This document shows, in pieces, positions 27,086-39,531 of a stretch of DNA of 64,000 nt. The stretch covers positions 16,678,001 through 16,742,000 of the forward strand of contig CP158635.1 in assembly GCA_050273025.1 (NCBI GenBank), written 5' to 3'. Source of the stretch: Cenococcum geophilum. Lineage: Eukaryota. The notes under the pieces were generated by a model. That model was not told the origin of the DNA, made no database searches, and was given only the letters and a program-made list of their open reading frames with translations. Made by a program: the position numbers and the translations under genes. Positions within the stretch are counted from its first letter, which is position 1. Each line of letters begins with the position of its first letter.

Positions 27086-27406
27086 AAGCCCTAATATAGC
27101 TATCTACTAAATTCTGCTATATTCTACCGTTTTCTATTAATACCATAAAATTTTAGATATTTAGGAACTTTAACCGCCGGTTAAAGTTGTCTAATTAGTT
27201 AGATCTATACTAAGACTTTTAGCGGCTACTCTTTCTAGCCTAGTACTTTTACTTAGCCTATAATCGCCCTTTATACTTAATCTAGACGTACTTATATCCC
27301 CTTTATCTCCTTATCTTATATTTTTATAATCCTATATTTATAAGCCTAGTGCTACCCTATTTCTAACTAAGCCTAAAGGTAGGCTTTCTTTTAAAGAGGG
27401 GGGTGA

Positions 27407-27616
27407 TATAATGGCGCTATCGTACGTTACCTACTAAATTCTACTATATTCTACTAATCTATAATTGGCTCGCCCAAAGCTAGCGCCTTAGCGGCTTACC
27501 CTATATATTTATTTATATCGGTTCTAGCAACCCCTTTTCCTTTTCTTTAGCTTAGTATCTTCGTAATATAGCATTCTATAAGCTTTAGTTTAGAGGTATT
27601 TATACAAGCCGTAACA
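27407..27616 (+). repeat. 3' LTR of Gypsy B (~210 bp)
   Basis: Follows the PPT. T(G>A)TAATGGC...GCCGTAACA termini. LINE sequence starts immediately after. The partner LTR is not in the window. Confidence 0.8.
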
Positions 27617-28104
27617 AATATTATATTAGTAATAAGCTTACTAAAAACTAAAGGTATAGAGTTTATCCTATTAGGAGATATAAACCTCTACTACCTATAA
27701 TAAGGAGGTATCTATATTACTATTAAATAATAGGTAGAGTACTTACTAAGAGCTATAAACACCTAGGGCCTTAAGCTAGCCACTTCCCTAAAAGCAATTA
27801 TATAGCAATAAGGCACTGCTAGAAGTATAATTAACCTTATATTTATAGATAAAGGCCTATACTAGAGACTTAAAAGGTATAACCCTAAAGAAGAATAGAT
27901 ACTTACTTTAAACTATATCCCTATCCAAATATAGCTAGATCTAGATATTAAGGCGTAATTAAATAGCAAAAGATATATAATAAGAAAGCTTAAAATAAAC
28001 AACTTCCTTAATATAGTTAAATAACAACTTTAAGACCTAGAAGAAATCTACCTAATACTAAATAAGTAAGGCTTATTAGCTACTCCTAAGGAAATTAACT
28101 AAAG
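27617..28104 (+). pseudogene. Tad-clade LINE ORF2, piece 1: AP endonuclease
   Basis: De-RIPed ILLGDMNLHHPQWGG (~27667-27710), ITWQRG...STIDLTF (~27797-27845) and a terminal DH.PI motif (~27911-27925). Confidence 0.88.
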
Positions 28105-29024
28105 TGTTACGGAACCCTACCGCAGGGGCCTCTATAGGAGAGCCCCGTGCTCTCGCGTATACCTCGCGTATAGCTTATGTCAGCTACGCGTAGGTATATT
28201 ACCTTCTTACGCCCTTAACCCTTACGATTAATCGCGTAATGTCTTATAGACTCCTTAAATATATACACTTTGTAGCCACTGCTCCCGTCTCATAACATTA
28301 CGTTACGCCTTTTTTTTTACTACTAACGCTTAGCCTACAACCAATTCTACGTCTTTATAATACTGTAGGCGCTGCTAGAAGCAGCGTGTCTATAAATTAC
28401 CTTACTTTATACTTCTAAGGAACCCACAATAGTAAGACGATATCCCTTACTAGCTACTATATTAAACCTAAAGAACAATCTAATACCTATACTTAACCTA
28501 TAACGCTAATTAATCCTAGGAGAATTTAATTTATTAGCCTTAGCCTTAACCCCCAAGGAGACGGACACTAATAATATCTTATCTTTTATTAACTATATAA
28601 CTACGGATAAGCAAATAAAAGGGCTACTACCTATTAAAATTAAAATATAAGACGCCAAGACGTTTGTAAAAATGGTAGCATAAGACCTTAATAAATACTA
28701 CTGCCTTTTATAGAACTATTACCTTAAGCTTATATAAGCCGAGATGCGTACTACTTAAGATTACGATATTATCTAAGACCTATAAGCTTATAAGGCACTC
28801 GCTAATAATATATATTAAGAAACTAAAGATAACCTCCGCGTGTTTAAACGCGACGTCTAACAGTTAAAGAAGGCTAAGATTATACTAATTACTACGGTTA
28901 CTAAAAGAGAAAGCACAATTAAATACCTATAATTTTAGCTTAATAACTATATTTATAACAACGCCAGATACGCGGCGATAATATTAAGCTTAGTATAGAT
29001 TTTGGCTTAATTAAGCCGCTTAAG

Positions 29025-32000
29025 TGTAACGGAACCTTGTAGCAAGAACTACGATGGGCTCGTTATTAGGCTAGGTGTGTAGGAAATGCAAATATAAAAG
29101 TTAACAACGTAATAACAACTGGTGGAGTGGTTGCCTAACAGATTAACTCTAATTATATTCTGAGAATTACTACAAGGAAGGAACTATCTAGGTAGGAACT
29201 ATGGTCCTTTAAATACACATCCATACTCCTAAGAAAGTCGTTATTCTATCTGCTTTATCTACTCTATTTACTCTATTATAGATTATATAGATTACATAGA
29301 TTATATAGATTATATTACGTGACCTAATTACTATTCCTTATTATATAGTTCTATTAGCTCCATCCTAAACCGTGCCTAAATTAACTAACTAGCTTTTTCC
29401 GTCCCTTCTCTAAGTAGTTATAATATCGTACTTAAAGCGTCCGTAATACTATCTCCCTCCTTTTTATCTTTATCCTTAAAGATTCCTAATATCTCTAAGT
29501 TATTTACTAGAGGTATAATATCTGTTTAATTAATTTGGTTAATATTGTTACTTATAATACCTAAGGCTCCTTTATCCTCTTTTATAGTTTATTAGTCTTA
29601 TACCATTACCGCAATACTGTCTTTTAGTAAAATTATACTATCTCCATGTTTTCGTTGTCTAAAAGAGGGGTTAGTCTATATTACGCTAGCGAGTCCTTTA
29701 TCTTAATAACCATCCTCTTATTTAAAGTGCACTAAAGCGAATATATAATCGTCCTGCAATATTTACTCTACTTCTAACACTAAGTATGCGCGTCCTATAA
29801 CTCTTAATAGTCTTTAAGTTCCCTAAGTAATTTGTTATAGGGTCTTGTGTTTAATCTGCTGCTACAAAACTTAATAATAAGCTATTAATTACTTTGGCTA
29901 AACTTTATTATTCTTAAAATGCTAAAAGAGAGGCCGCTAATGCTTAATAATGTGCTTTAGACTCTTGTTTGGCTGCTTCTACTTAGTTAATCCGTCTTAA
30001 GAAGGTACGCGAGAAGGTGTATTTTAAAAAGTAGAAACTTATAGAATAAGGTTTATAGGAACTAGGCGATAAAAGAATAGATTCTCTTTTAATAGAGAAG
30101 GAAATAGATCTAAGTAGCTTAGTAACTGCTCTTCTTAGGTTCCCCTTAGGTAACTTATTCTTTAGCGATCCTTTTTTATTAATACTACCTAACCTAATCT
30201 CTTCTAATACTCCTGTACCTTTCCTATAGTATTTTTTAAATTCTCTAGTAGCTCCTAGGTAGTCTTAGTGTAGCCTATCTACTTAACTTTATACTATATT
30301 TTATTATTAATGTCCTTATAATTAATAATCTTTAATACTTACTATTTATTTTCTTCTTATCCTCTATATATATCTACTTTATAGACTAATAGCTTAATAT
30401 TCCTATATACTAGCTCTAGCATTACAATATGCTATATAGGGTAGATCTTTATTTTGGCTAGTAGGTTTAACTTAAATATAACTAGTAAAATCCTTTACGT
30501 AATTTTAAAAGGTCCTAGTCTAATATAGTCTAACTTCTTACTTAGCTGTTAACTCTTAAAATTTTTATATAGTAACTATACTTTGTCTCCCTCCTTAAGA
30601 TCTAGTCCCTTAGATCTCTTAGTATTATAGTACTTTTTTATTCTTTCTTATACTTTCTTTACTAATTCTATAAGGTCTATATAAAGATTTATTAATATCT
30701 TTATTCTTTCTTTAGCTATACTACTTGTTTTCTTTACTTACCGTAATAATAACAATATTCTTAGCTTATATCCGTAATTTGCTTTAAATAGTAATATGCC
30801 TATTCCTTCTTAGGGTATTATATTATATATAAACTATATAACTAGTAATAGTAATACCTAATTATTCTATATATAATTAATATAATGCCTTAGATACTAC
30901 TCTAGCATCTAATTTAATTTTTCCATTTAACCATCTGTCTGCGGATGGTATGCGGTAGAAGTTACTATTTAAACTCTTTGCTCTGCTAAGAATACTTCCT
31001 AAAATACTGCTATAAATCTTAAATCTCTATCCGATATAATTTTACTTAGTGCTCTATATCTTATAAACACTTCTTTAATATAAATTCTAGTGATATCTTC
31101 TGCTGATATTTCTTCTGTATAGGCTATAAAGTATCCCTACTTTATAAGCTTATTTATTATTACTAAGATTATATTATAATTTTATCCGGTAATAGGGTCT
31201 CTTAATTTTAGTAACTTAATAATAAAGTCCTATAATATAACCTCCTATAGTCTTTCTGGTGTTTTAATAGGTTATAGCCCTCTATACGGCTTATACTTTA
31301 TTAGTTTATTTCTTTAATAATCTAGACATTCCTTTATAACTTTTCTAGCTATCCTCTAGATTCTGTTAATAATGTACTCTTTTTAAAGTCTTAATACTAA
31401 GCCCGTAGCTCTATTATGTCCTTAAGTTAGTTCCTTATAGAAGTCTTCTATAAACTACTCTACTATACTTCTTAGGATATACTTTACTTCTTAATTTTCG
31501 TATATATCCGTCTGTAAATCTTCTAGCTATATTTTTAAAATTCTTTATACCTAAAAGCTTTCTGGTATCTTATAGACTTTCTCTAGTTTATTATCTTCTT
31601 AAGTTGCTATAATTTTTGGATAATTATATCTAATTAATCCGTCTATATCTTTTCGCAATAAAGCCCCTAATGGCTTTCCCTTATTTTATAGTTTAGCTTT
31701 ACGGCTTAGAGTATCTACCCGCGTATTATCTGTACCTTTAGTATACTAAATTTTAAAATAGTATTCTGTAAGCATCTCTACCCATCTAACCTATCTTTAG
31801 TTAAGTTCCTTTATCGTTAGAAATCCTATTAGGTTCTTATAATTTATCTTAACTATAAATAGTTTCTTTATGCCTTATAAAAATGCTTTCTATTTCTTTA
31901 ATGCTGTAACTATACCTAATAACTCCTTATTATAGATGTTATAGTTTAACTCTAGTAGTATTATCTTTTAACTATAGTATACTACTAGGTGCTATCTATT

Positions 32001-35000
32001 TTAATACCTTTATATAAAGCACGCCCTTAGTATATAGTCTAATACATCCGTCTCTATAACCGTCTTTAGTCCTAGTTAATAGATCTTAAGAACTAGCTCC
32101 TAGGTAAACAACTCTTTAACTTTTTTAAAGAGTTCTCTTTACTCCTTTTCCTATGCCTATAGTTCTTTTTTCTTTATTAACCTTATAAATGGCTTAATAT
32201 CCTTTAACTACTACGCTATAAACCTTCTATAGTAATTACAAAACCCTAGGAACGATCTTAACTATATAACGTTCTCTAGTTCCTACTAATTTACTATAGC
32301 CTTAATCTTCTTTAGATCTATATTAAGTTAGCCTAGTTTAATAATAAATCTAATAAAATTAGTCTTCCTAGTAAAGAACTCGTATTTCTTAATTACTACT
32401 AGTATCTATTCTTTTTATAGTCTCTTTAAGACCTATTTAACGTGTTCTCCATATTCTTCCTTAGTTATTAAGTAGATAATAATATTATTAAGATATACTA
32501 TAATAAACTTATCTAAGTGTTCTCCTAATATATTATTAATACGCTTTTAGAACGTTACTAGTGCGTTTATAAGTCCGAATTATATAACTAATAGTTTATA
32601 TAGTCCTTCCTTTAACCTAAAGGCTGCCTTTTATTTATCGCCCTTCTTAATCCTAATTTAATAGTACGCCCATCTTAGATCTATCTTTATAAAGATTTGC
32701 GCATTACCTATCCTATTTTAGATTTCGCTAATTAAGGGTAAAGGATACCTATCCTTTCTAGTAATGCTATTTAACTATCTATAGTTAATACACAACCTTA
32801 GTTTACTATTTTTCTTTAGTATAAATAGTACTAGATATCCTACTAATAACTATAATAGTCTAATATATCCCTTTTATAAGTTCTTTTAGATAAACTCTTT
32901 TAATACTCTACCTTTTTCTTTAGTAAGCTTATAGATTAGAAAGAACCTTAAACTTATTTCTAGTTTTAATTCTATCTTATAGTCCTATACTGCATATTTT
33001 AATAGCTTTTTACTTTTTAGTAACTATAGTTTCTTACCGTATTTATAGTATCTCTTTAGTATATAACTTAGTCCTTTTTCTATTTCTTTATAGGTTGCTT
33101 CTACTTAGTACTATACCAACTTAGCTTATTATTATATCTTATGGCGTTAAGTATCTCTAATATTAACCTAACTTGTAATCTAATTAATCCTTAGATTATA
33201 TTCTTATAACTAAGGTATACCTAATACCGCCTTATCCTATCCTAATAGTAGGATATTAAAAGACATCTTAATTTATCTTCCTTTAATAGTTATCTAAATA
33301 GGTCCTATTTTAAGATTAATAATCCCTCCTCTATAGGTTATTAGATCTCCTAAAATTATAACTAATAGGTAAAGTTACTCCTTTTATCTATAAGGTAGTC
33401 CCATTCTCTTAACTACTACTAGTAAGATATAGTTTTGCGTTACTTTACTATCTATTAGCGCTTTAAACTGCTAATCTTACTAATTAATTTATAAATTTAG
33501 GTGTTGTCCTTAAATTCCTTTAAGGGTCTAAGGCTCTACTACTAGCTCCCTCTAGTCCCGTAGGCCTTTACTTTTCCTAACTATTAGCTACTTAATCCTA
33601 GTATACTTAGCTTATTCTTTAGCTAATACCTAGTTTGCTTTTTATCTTTAATATACTATAGATACATATTTTCTAGGTATTTCCACTACTATTGTCCGTC
33701 TAAGCATTCTTCTATAAGGAATCTTCCTAGTTAAAGTACTAAACTTCCTTTCTTTTAGACCTCTACTGGATGCCATCTATATATATATTTAGCATTCCTA
33801 TACTATTACTTGTCTATTATCTAGTACATCCTTATAGGGTATTTCCGATTTTTTTCCTTTAGATTCTTATACATTTCGTATATATCGTCTACGTACGTAA
33901 TCTATAATAATATATAGTATACTAGGTGCTTTAGGTTAACTCTTAGCTTATCTTTATCCCTAAGTTTAAACCTTTATTATACTAATCTAAATGTTATAAC
34001 TTTATTTATAGGTACTAAAATATATCTTTTACTTCTCTAATCCTCTAAACGTTCCTCTAGATCCTTTAATATTATAATTAAGGCTCCTTTAATATGCGTT
34101 ATAGCCTTCTCTATAATTAGGTAGTTTTAGATAACTTTTTTATTTAACTATATATAGAAATCTTCCCACTTATTATTGTGCCTTTGCCTATACTACTTTT
34201 AGTATAGCTACTAGAGTATATACGGTCTATCCGTAAGGAAGTATCTTCTTATTACTATATCGTAATAGCCCTTTATATATTATTCCTTAAACCTAGTTAG
34301 AATCCCTAAATCCTCTTTATCTTCTAGTTTAATAAGCCACTTAGCTCTTAGTATACTTACTCTTAGTCTATTAGTAATTCTTTATACTAGTACTTTATCC
34401 TTTATACGTCCTAATGTGCTAGATCTTTTATCTAGTTTCTGTTCTTGCTATATAATAATTCTTTACCTAAACTCTTCTATATTTTCTTTTAGTTTGCGCC
34501 TTACGCTCTAATCCTTAAAGTTATCTTACTTCTTAATCCTAGTATTAACTTTTTAATCTTTAGTCCAAATACTTTATTTAACTAGTAAATCCTCTAGGTC
34601 TATATATTCGTCTCTTAGTCTAATTACTGTTTATACCGTAGATTCTCTAATCTATAAAGAAGCTTCTTACCTCTTATCTATAGGTGTCCTAATTTATACC
34701 CTAAATTTTTAACCCCTTAGGCTCTTTAATCCCGAGCTTGCTTCTAACTTAAGCTTAGCTTTAGCCTTAGTCCAACTAGGCTTACTTAGTATTCTTATCT
34801 TATCTTAAGAGTCTTAAATCTTACTTATCTCGTCTTAAGAATCTTATACCTATAGGAACTTCCGTCCTAAGCTTATTTATATATTTTTAAACTAAGCTAC
34901 TGCTCTACTCTATTAGTTATCGTCCGTTATAGGTTCTTAAGCTTACCTTATCTTATTTTAAGAATCTTAGTTATCTCTTATCTCGCTATAAGAGTCTTAA

Positions 35001-36994
35001 GCCTTTAGCCTTTTGCCTTTATTAAGTACTAAAGTAGTTTACTATCCTACTTCTTTTACGTCTTATAAAGCGATAGATATCGTGTCTAGTGGGGTTTTAA
35101 TCCCTACTAATATTCCCTATTCTATAGTAGAATTATCCTTTACCTCTAGTATAACATCTTTAAGGTCTACTTACTCCTAGTAAGCGGCCCTTATTACCTC
35201 ATTATTATAGAATATTTTACCTAGGTTAAATTTATTATCCTTAATATCTAATCTATAAACTAGTTTGTTAGTTTCTCTATATCCTATAGGTGCTAGCTCT
35301 TATAGCTAATAGCTTACGCCATATTTAGCATCTTTATAAATTTAGTATATATTATTATAATAAAACGTAAAACTTCTAATTAAACACTCTTTTGTTCCTC
35401 GTAGTATATTATTATCCCTTTATATATATATATCGTCTACTAGTCTTATACCTTTTACTATATAATAACTCTACCTACTTTTATAGTCTTTAATATAATA
35501 ACCCTATTTTCCGCAATTTATATAAGCTCCTTCTTTAAACTATTTCTCTTACTATAGAGTCCACCTAAATGTCTTCTGCTATTAAGATCCCTGATTCGGC
35601 CTCTACTCCTTAAACCTTTAATTACTTAATCCTTATCCTCTGGGTTTCTATAGTTTGCTCTATCTCTTATAGGTTTCTTTAATACCGCTTAGGTCTATTA
35701 GCTCTGCACTATACTATAGTTTCTAACTTAGCTTTTATTATTGCGTACTCTATACCTTATATAACTATAGAACTCTATCCTAGCCTCTCTTAGCCTATTT
35801 CCTTTAGTAAATCTAATTATTAATCTTAATCGCCTAATCTATTAGTTCCCTTAGGGTATCCATATCTTCTATTAGGATAATTATATCCTAAACTTTAGCC
35901 TTAAGTTCCTATTTATACTATACTATAAGCGCCCTATTATTCCACTTTACTTATATTACTAGTATCTAGAACTATATCGTATACTTAATTACTAAAGTTT
36001 ATTATATAAGGTTCTAGAGTTTTCTTTCTGCTATAGTTGTTTCTTCTAGGTCTCTAAATATCTGCGTAAGTTATTCTATAAATCCTTCCTAACTTAAGAA
36101 TATAAATCGCACGTCTTAGTTAGTGGTTGTTATTCTATTTACCTATATCTCTATAAAATAAGGTTTAAACCACTTAAGTACTTTTCCTAATAAGAATAGT
36201 CCTATATAGGCTATCCGATCCACGGGTATAGGTAACTTTACTCCCTCTTATAAGACCTTAAAGTATATCTACGTAAGGAATTCTTTAAGCTTTAACCTCT
36301 CTCCTATAAATCTCTTAATTAATAGTAGCTTAATCTTTACTACTTTTATTCTATTAAGTCTTTCTTCTAATACTATATTATTAGCTATTAGCTAATTAAC
36401 TATTTCCTATAGCTATCTAACCGTTATAGGTTGCTATAAGTTAGTATCTGCTATACTGGTATTACCTCCTATCCCTAAAGTAGTTGCTGCCGTTAATGGT
36501 ATTATAGTAGCTGCTTTTAGTAGTATATTGTTTAACTTTTTATATTAATACTATAACTAGGTAGTAATTATATAACGGAACCTTGTAGTAAGAACTACGA
36601 TAGGCTTATTATTAGGCTAGGTATATAGGAAATATAAGTATAAAAGTTAATAATATAATAATAACTGGTGAAGTGGTTGCCTAATAGATTAACTCTAATT
36701 ATATTCTGAGAATTACTACAAGGAAGGAACTATCTAGGTAGGGACTATGGTCCTTTAAATATACATCCGTACTTCTAAGAAAGTCATTACTCTATCTACT
36801 CTATTTACTCTATCTACTCTATTATAGATTATATAGATTATATAGATTATATAGATTACATTACGTGACCTAATTATTATTCCTTGTTATATAGTTCTAT
36901 CGGCTCCATCCTAGACTGTGCCTAAATTAACTAACTAGCTTCTTCCGTCCCTTCTCCAAGTAGTTATAATATTGTACTTAAAGCGTCTGTAACA
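29025..36994 (-). mobile_element. Gypsy family A, copy A4, full length
   Basis: LTRs 29025-29448 and 36571-36994 (424 bp). TSD TTAAG at 29020-29024 and 36995-36999. Inserted in the RT of C. Confidence 0.97.
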
Positions 36995-38417
36995 TTAAGG
37001 GTCTTACGTATAAGCGGTACTAGGTATTAGTTTTTAATCGTAATAGCGTTAAGTCCTCTATAGTTAATATAGAATTAAATACCTCCTCCTAGCTTCTTAG
37101 CAAGAAGGATGGGGGTGGCTATTAGTAATATACTAGGACAAATAAATCCTTTATTAAGGTGCTTGTCAATATACTTTTTTATAACTAAAAGTTTATCTTT
37201 TAATATTAGGTAGGGTCTCTTATAAGGTAGCATTTTTCCTTATTTAATATTAATGTTATAGTTATTAGGTTAATATGGGGGGAGTATATCTGCGCTTTTT
37301 TATAAGCATATATTAGTAAAGTCGTGGTACCTCTTAAGGAGGAGCTTATAGAGTTCTTTGTTGGTAAGTCCTTTTTTAAGCTTTATAAACTTCTTAAAGT
37401 CTAAAGGTAAAAGTCCGTAGAGTTTTATAGGGGCGTCGTTTTCTAAAAGGTCGACTATGTCTATCCTATTACTATAGAGGACATAGTCCTATTCTTTATT
37501 AAGTTTATATAGTTATAATTAAAAAGCTATAATAACGGTTTAGCCTTTCTTATATACTATACAGTAGAAGGCTAGGGCACTTATATAATAGTAGTTAATT
37601 ATAGGTAGGGTAATAAGGGGTTCCTTAGGTTAATATCCTAGGGAGTAAATAAAGGCGGCTAGGCTATGCCCTAGGCAAGTCTCTTTACAGTATTTAGAGT
37701 TAAAGGTTACTTCTCTCTTCTTCCAGTTAATAGTAGGGTTGTATTATTTAAGCTAGTTTATTTTAAGGATAATAGGGTAGTTAGTAAGTAGTATAATATA
37801 GGCCTAGAGTTCTTCCTAGTGCCTATTTATATCTAGGTGGAGTTGTGCTATATAGGTAATCTTCTATGCGGTATAATTACTATTAGCGAGTTATAGGGCG
37901 TGGGCTTTAGTAAGGGGTAAGGTAGGTAGGTTATAAGTATACACAAATTAGGTATTTATAAATTTATTAATAGCTCCGCAATTAATTATAGAACAGCTTT
38001 TATATTATTTTTTAGCAGTAGTTCCTATTATAGGTAAAACTATCTATTTCCGTCCATTTATTTTTATAAAGTTATCTATTAAGTAAGCCAATATATAGAT
38101 CCCCCCGTTATTAGGGCGTCCTAACCCATAACTTAGGGCTAGAACTTAGCGTTTTCCGTTTTTATATCTAACTCTACTACTATTACTACGTCTTTATCTT
38201 ATACGGTAATAGTATATAGCAATATATTTAGTGTTTAGGGTATTAGGTTAGGTATTAAGCGGCGGCTACTAAACCTAGCTATTAGGCAGTTTAGGTTATT
38301 GTAATAACAGTCTTCTTAATAGTATTTATAGCAGCGTCCTAGTTTCCGGAGTAGCTTACGCTCTCTATTTAGGAGTTTTTATAGGAAAGTTAGTATAGAG
38401 AAATTAATATTAGTTCC

Positions 38418-38600
38418 TGTAAGCTTTGCAGTGTATAGGAATTGAACGAGCGACTTGATTGTAAATCTATGGAAATAAAGTGGTATAAATACATGAAAGT
38501 AGACCGAGTCGGTAAGCGAGTCAAGGGCTAGGCAACTGAAATAGGGTGGTACGCTAGTGAGACAAATGACGTTTTGACATGGTACCGGTAGTCGGTTACA
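38418..38600 (-). repeat. Solo LTR, family D copy 1 (183 bp)
   Basis: TGTAAGC...GGTTACA, TSD GTTCC at 38413-38417 and 38601-38605. Homologous to 50957-54747. Strand inferred by analogy with the family A LTR layout. Confidence 0.9.
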
Positions 38601-39531
38601 GTTCCGGTAGTACTTAAGGTAGTAGGCGTTAGTAGCTTAGTATATATGGGTTTAGTAGGCCTAGGGGGCTTCTATAAAGTGGCCTTTAGGTAAGAGTTAG
38701 TAGTAGCAATTTAATTTAGTTGTTATTTAATCTTCTATAGAGCTGCTACTATATTATAAACATCGTTATAGTTATAGCTAGCGGCTGCGTAACTAAGGCA
38801 ATAAGTAACTTTTTTAAGGAGGTCCTCTTAGTCTTTAGTATTATCTTAGGTAAGGGCTCTAGTATATTCCTAGAATTTAATATAGAATTTATTAAATAAT
38901 TTAGTAGGGCTTATCTTTAGGACACGTAGTTTAGCTTAGTTAGTAGCTAGTAGGTTATAGTTATGGTATATTAGGTTAAGATTATTAAGGACTTTTTAGT
39001 AGGACTACTACTTTTAGGGGCTACTAGTTTCCTATTAGGCGAAGAGTCTATTAAACGGTATATATTATAGACGCTTTAAGTACAATATTACAACTACTTA
39101 GAGAAGAGACGGAAGAAGCTAGTTAGTTAATTTAGGTACGGTCTAGAATAGAGCCGATAGAACTATATAACGAGAAATGGTAATTAGGTTACGTAATGTG
39201 ATCTATATAATCTATATAATCTATATAATCTATAATAGAGTAGATAGAGCAGACAGAGTAGATAGAGTAATGACTTTCTTAGGAGTATAGATGTATATTT
39301 AAAGGACCACAGTCCCTACCTAGATAGTTCCTTTCCTTATAGTAATTCTTAGAATATAATTAGAGTTAATCTATTAGGTAACCACTCCACTAGTTATTAT
39401 TACGTTATTAACTTTTATATTTATATTTCCTATATACCTAGCCTAATAATAAGCCTATCGTAGTTCTTACTATAAGGTTCCGTTATATAATTACTACCTA
39501 GTTATAGTATTAATATAAGAAGTTAAATAAC

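Larger units (their letters stand above)
12911..27616 (+). mobile_element. Ty3/Gypsy chromovirus family B, fragmented by nested insertions (5' end upstream of the window)
   Basis: Gag CCHC knuckle ~13274-13316, protease IDTGA-like ~13525, RT YLDDIL ~14960, RH ETDASD ~15401. IN pieces at 23825-24477 and 25641-26400, chromodomain ~26400-26610. PPT AAAGAGGGGGG ~27393-27403, LTR 27407-27616. The pieces rejoin across the TSDs. Confidence 0.92.

Noticed and set aside
36995..39062. Separate minus-strand Gypsy element
   Set aside because: It has no LTRs of its own and joins element C exactly when inverted.
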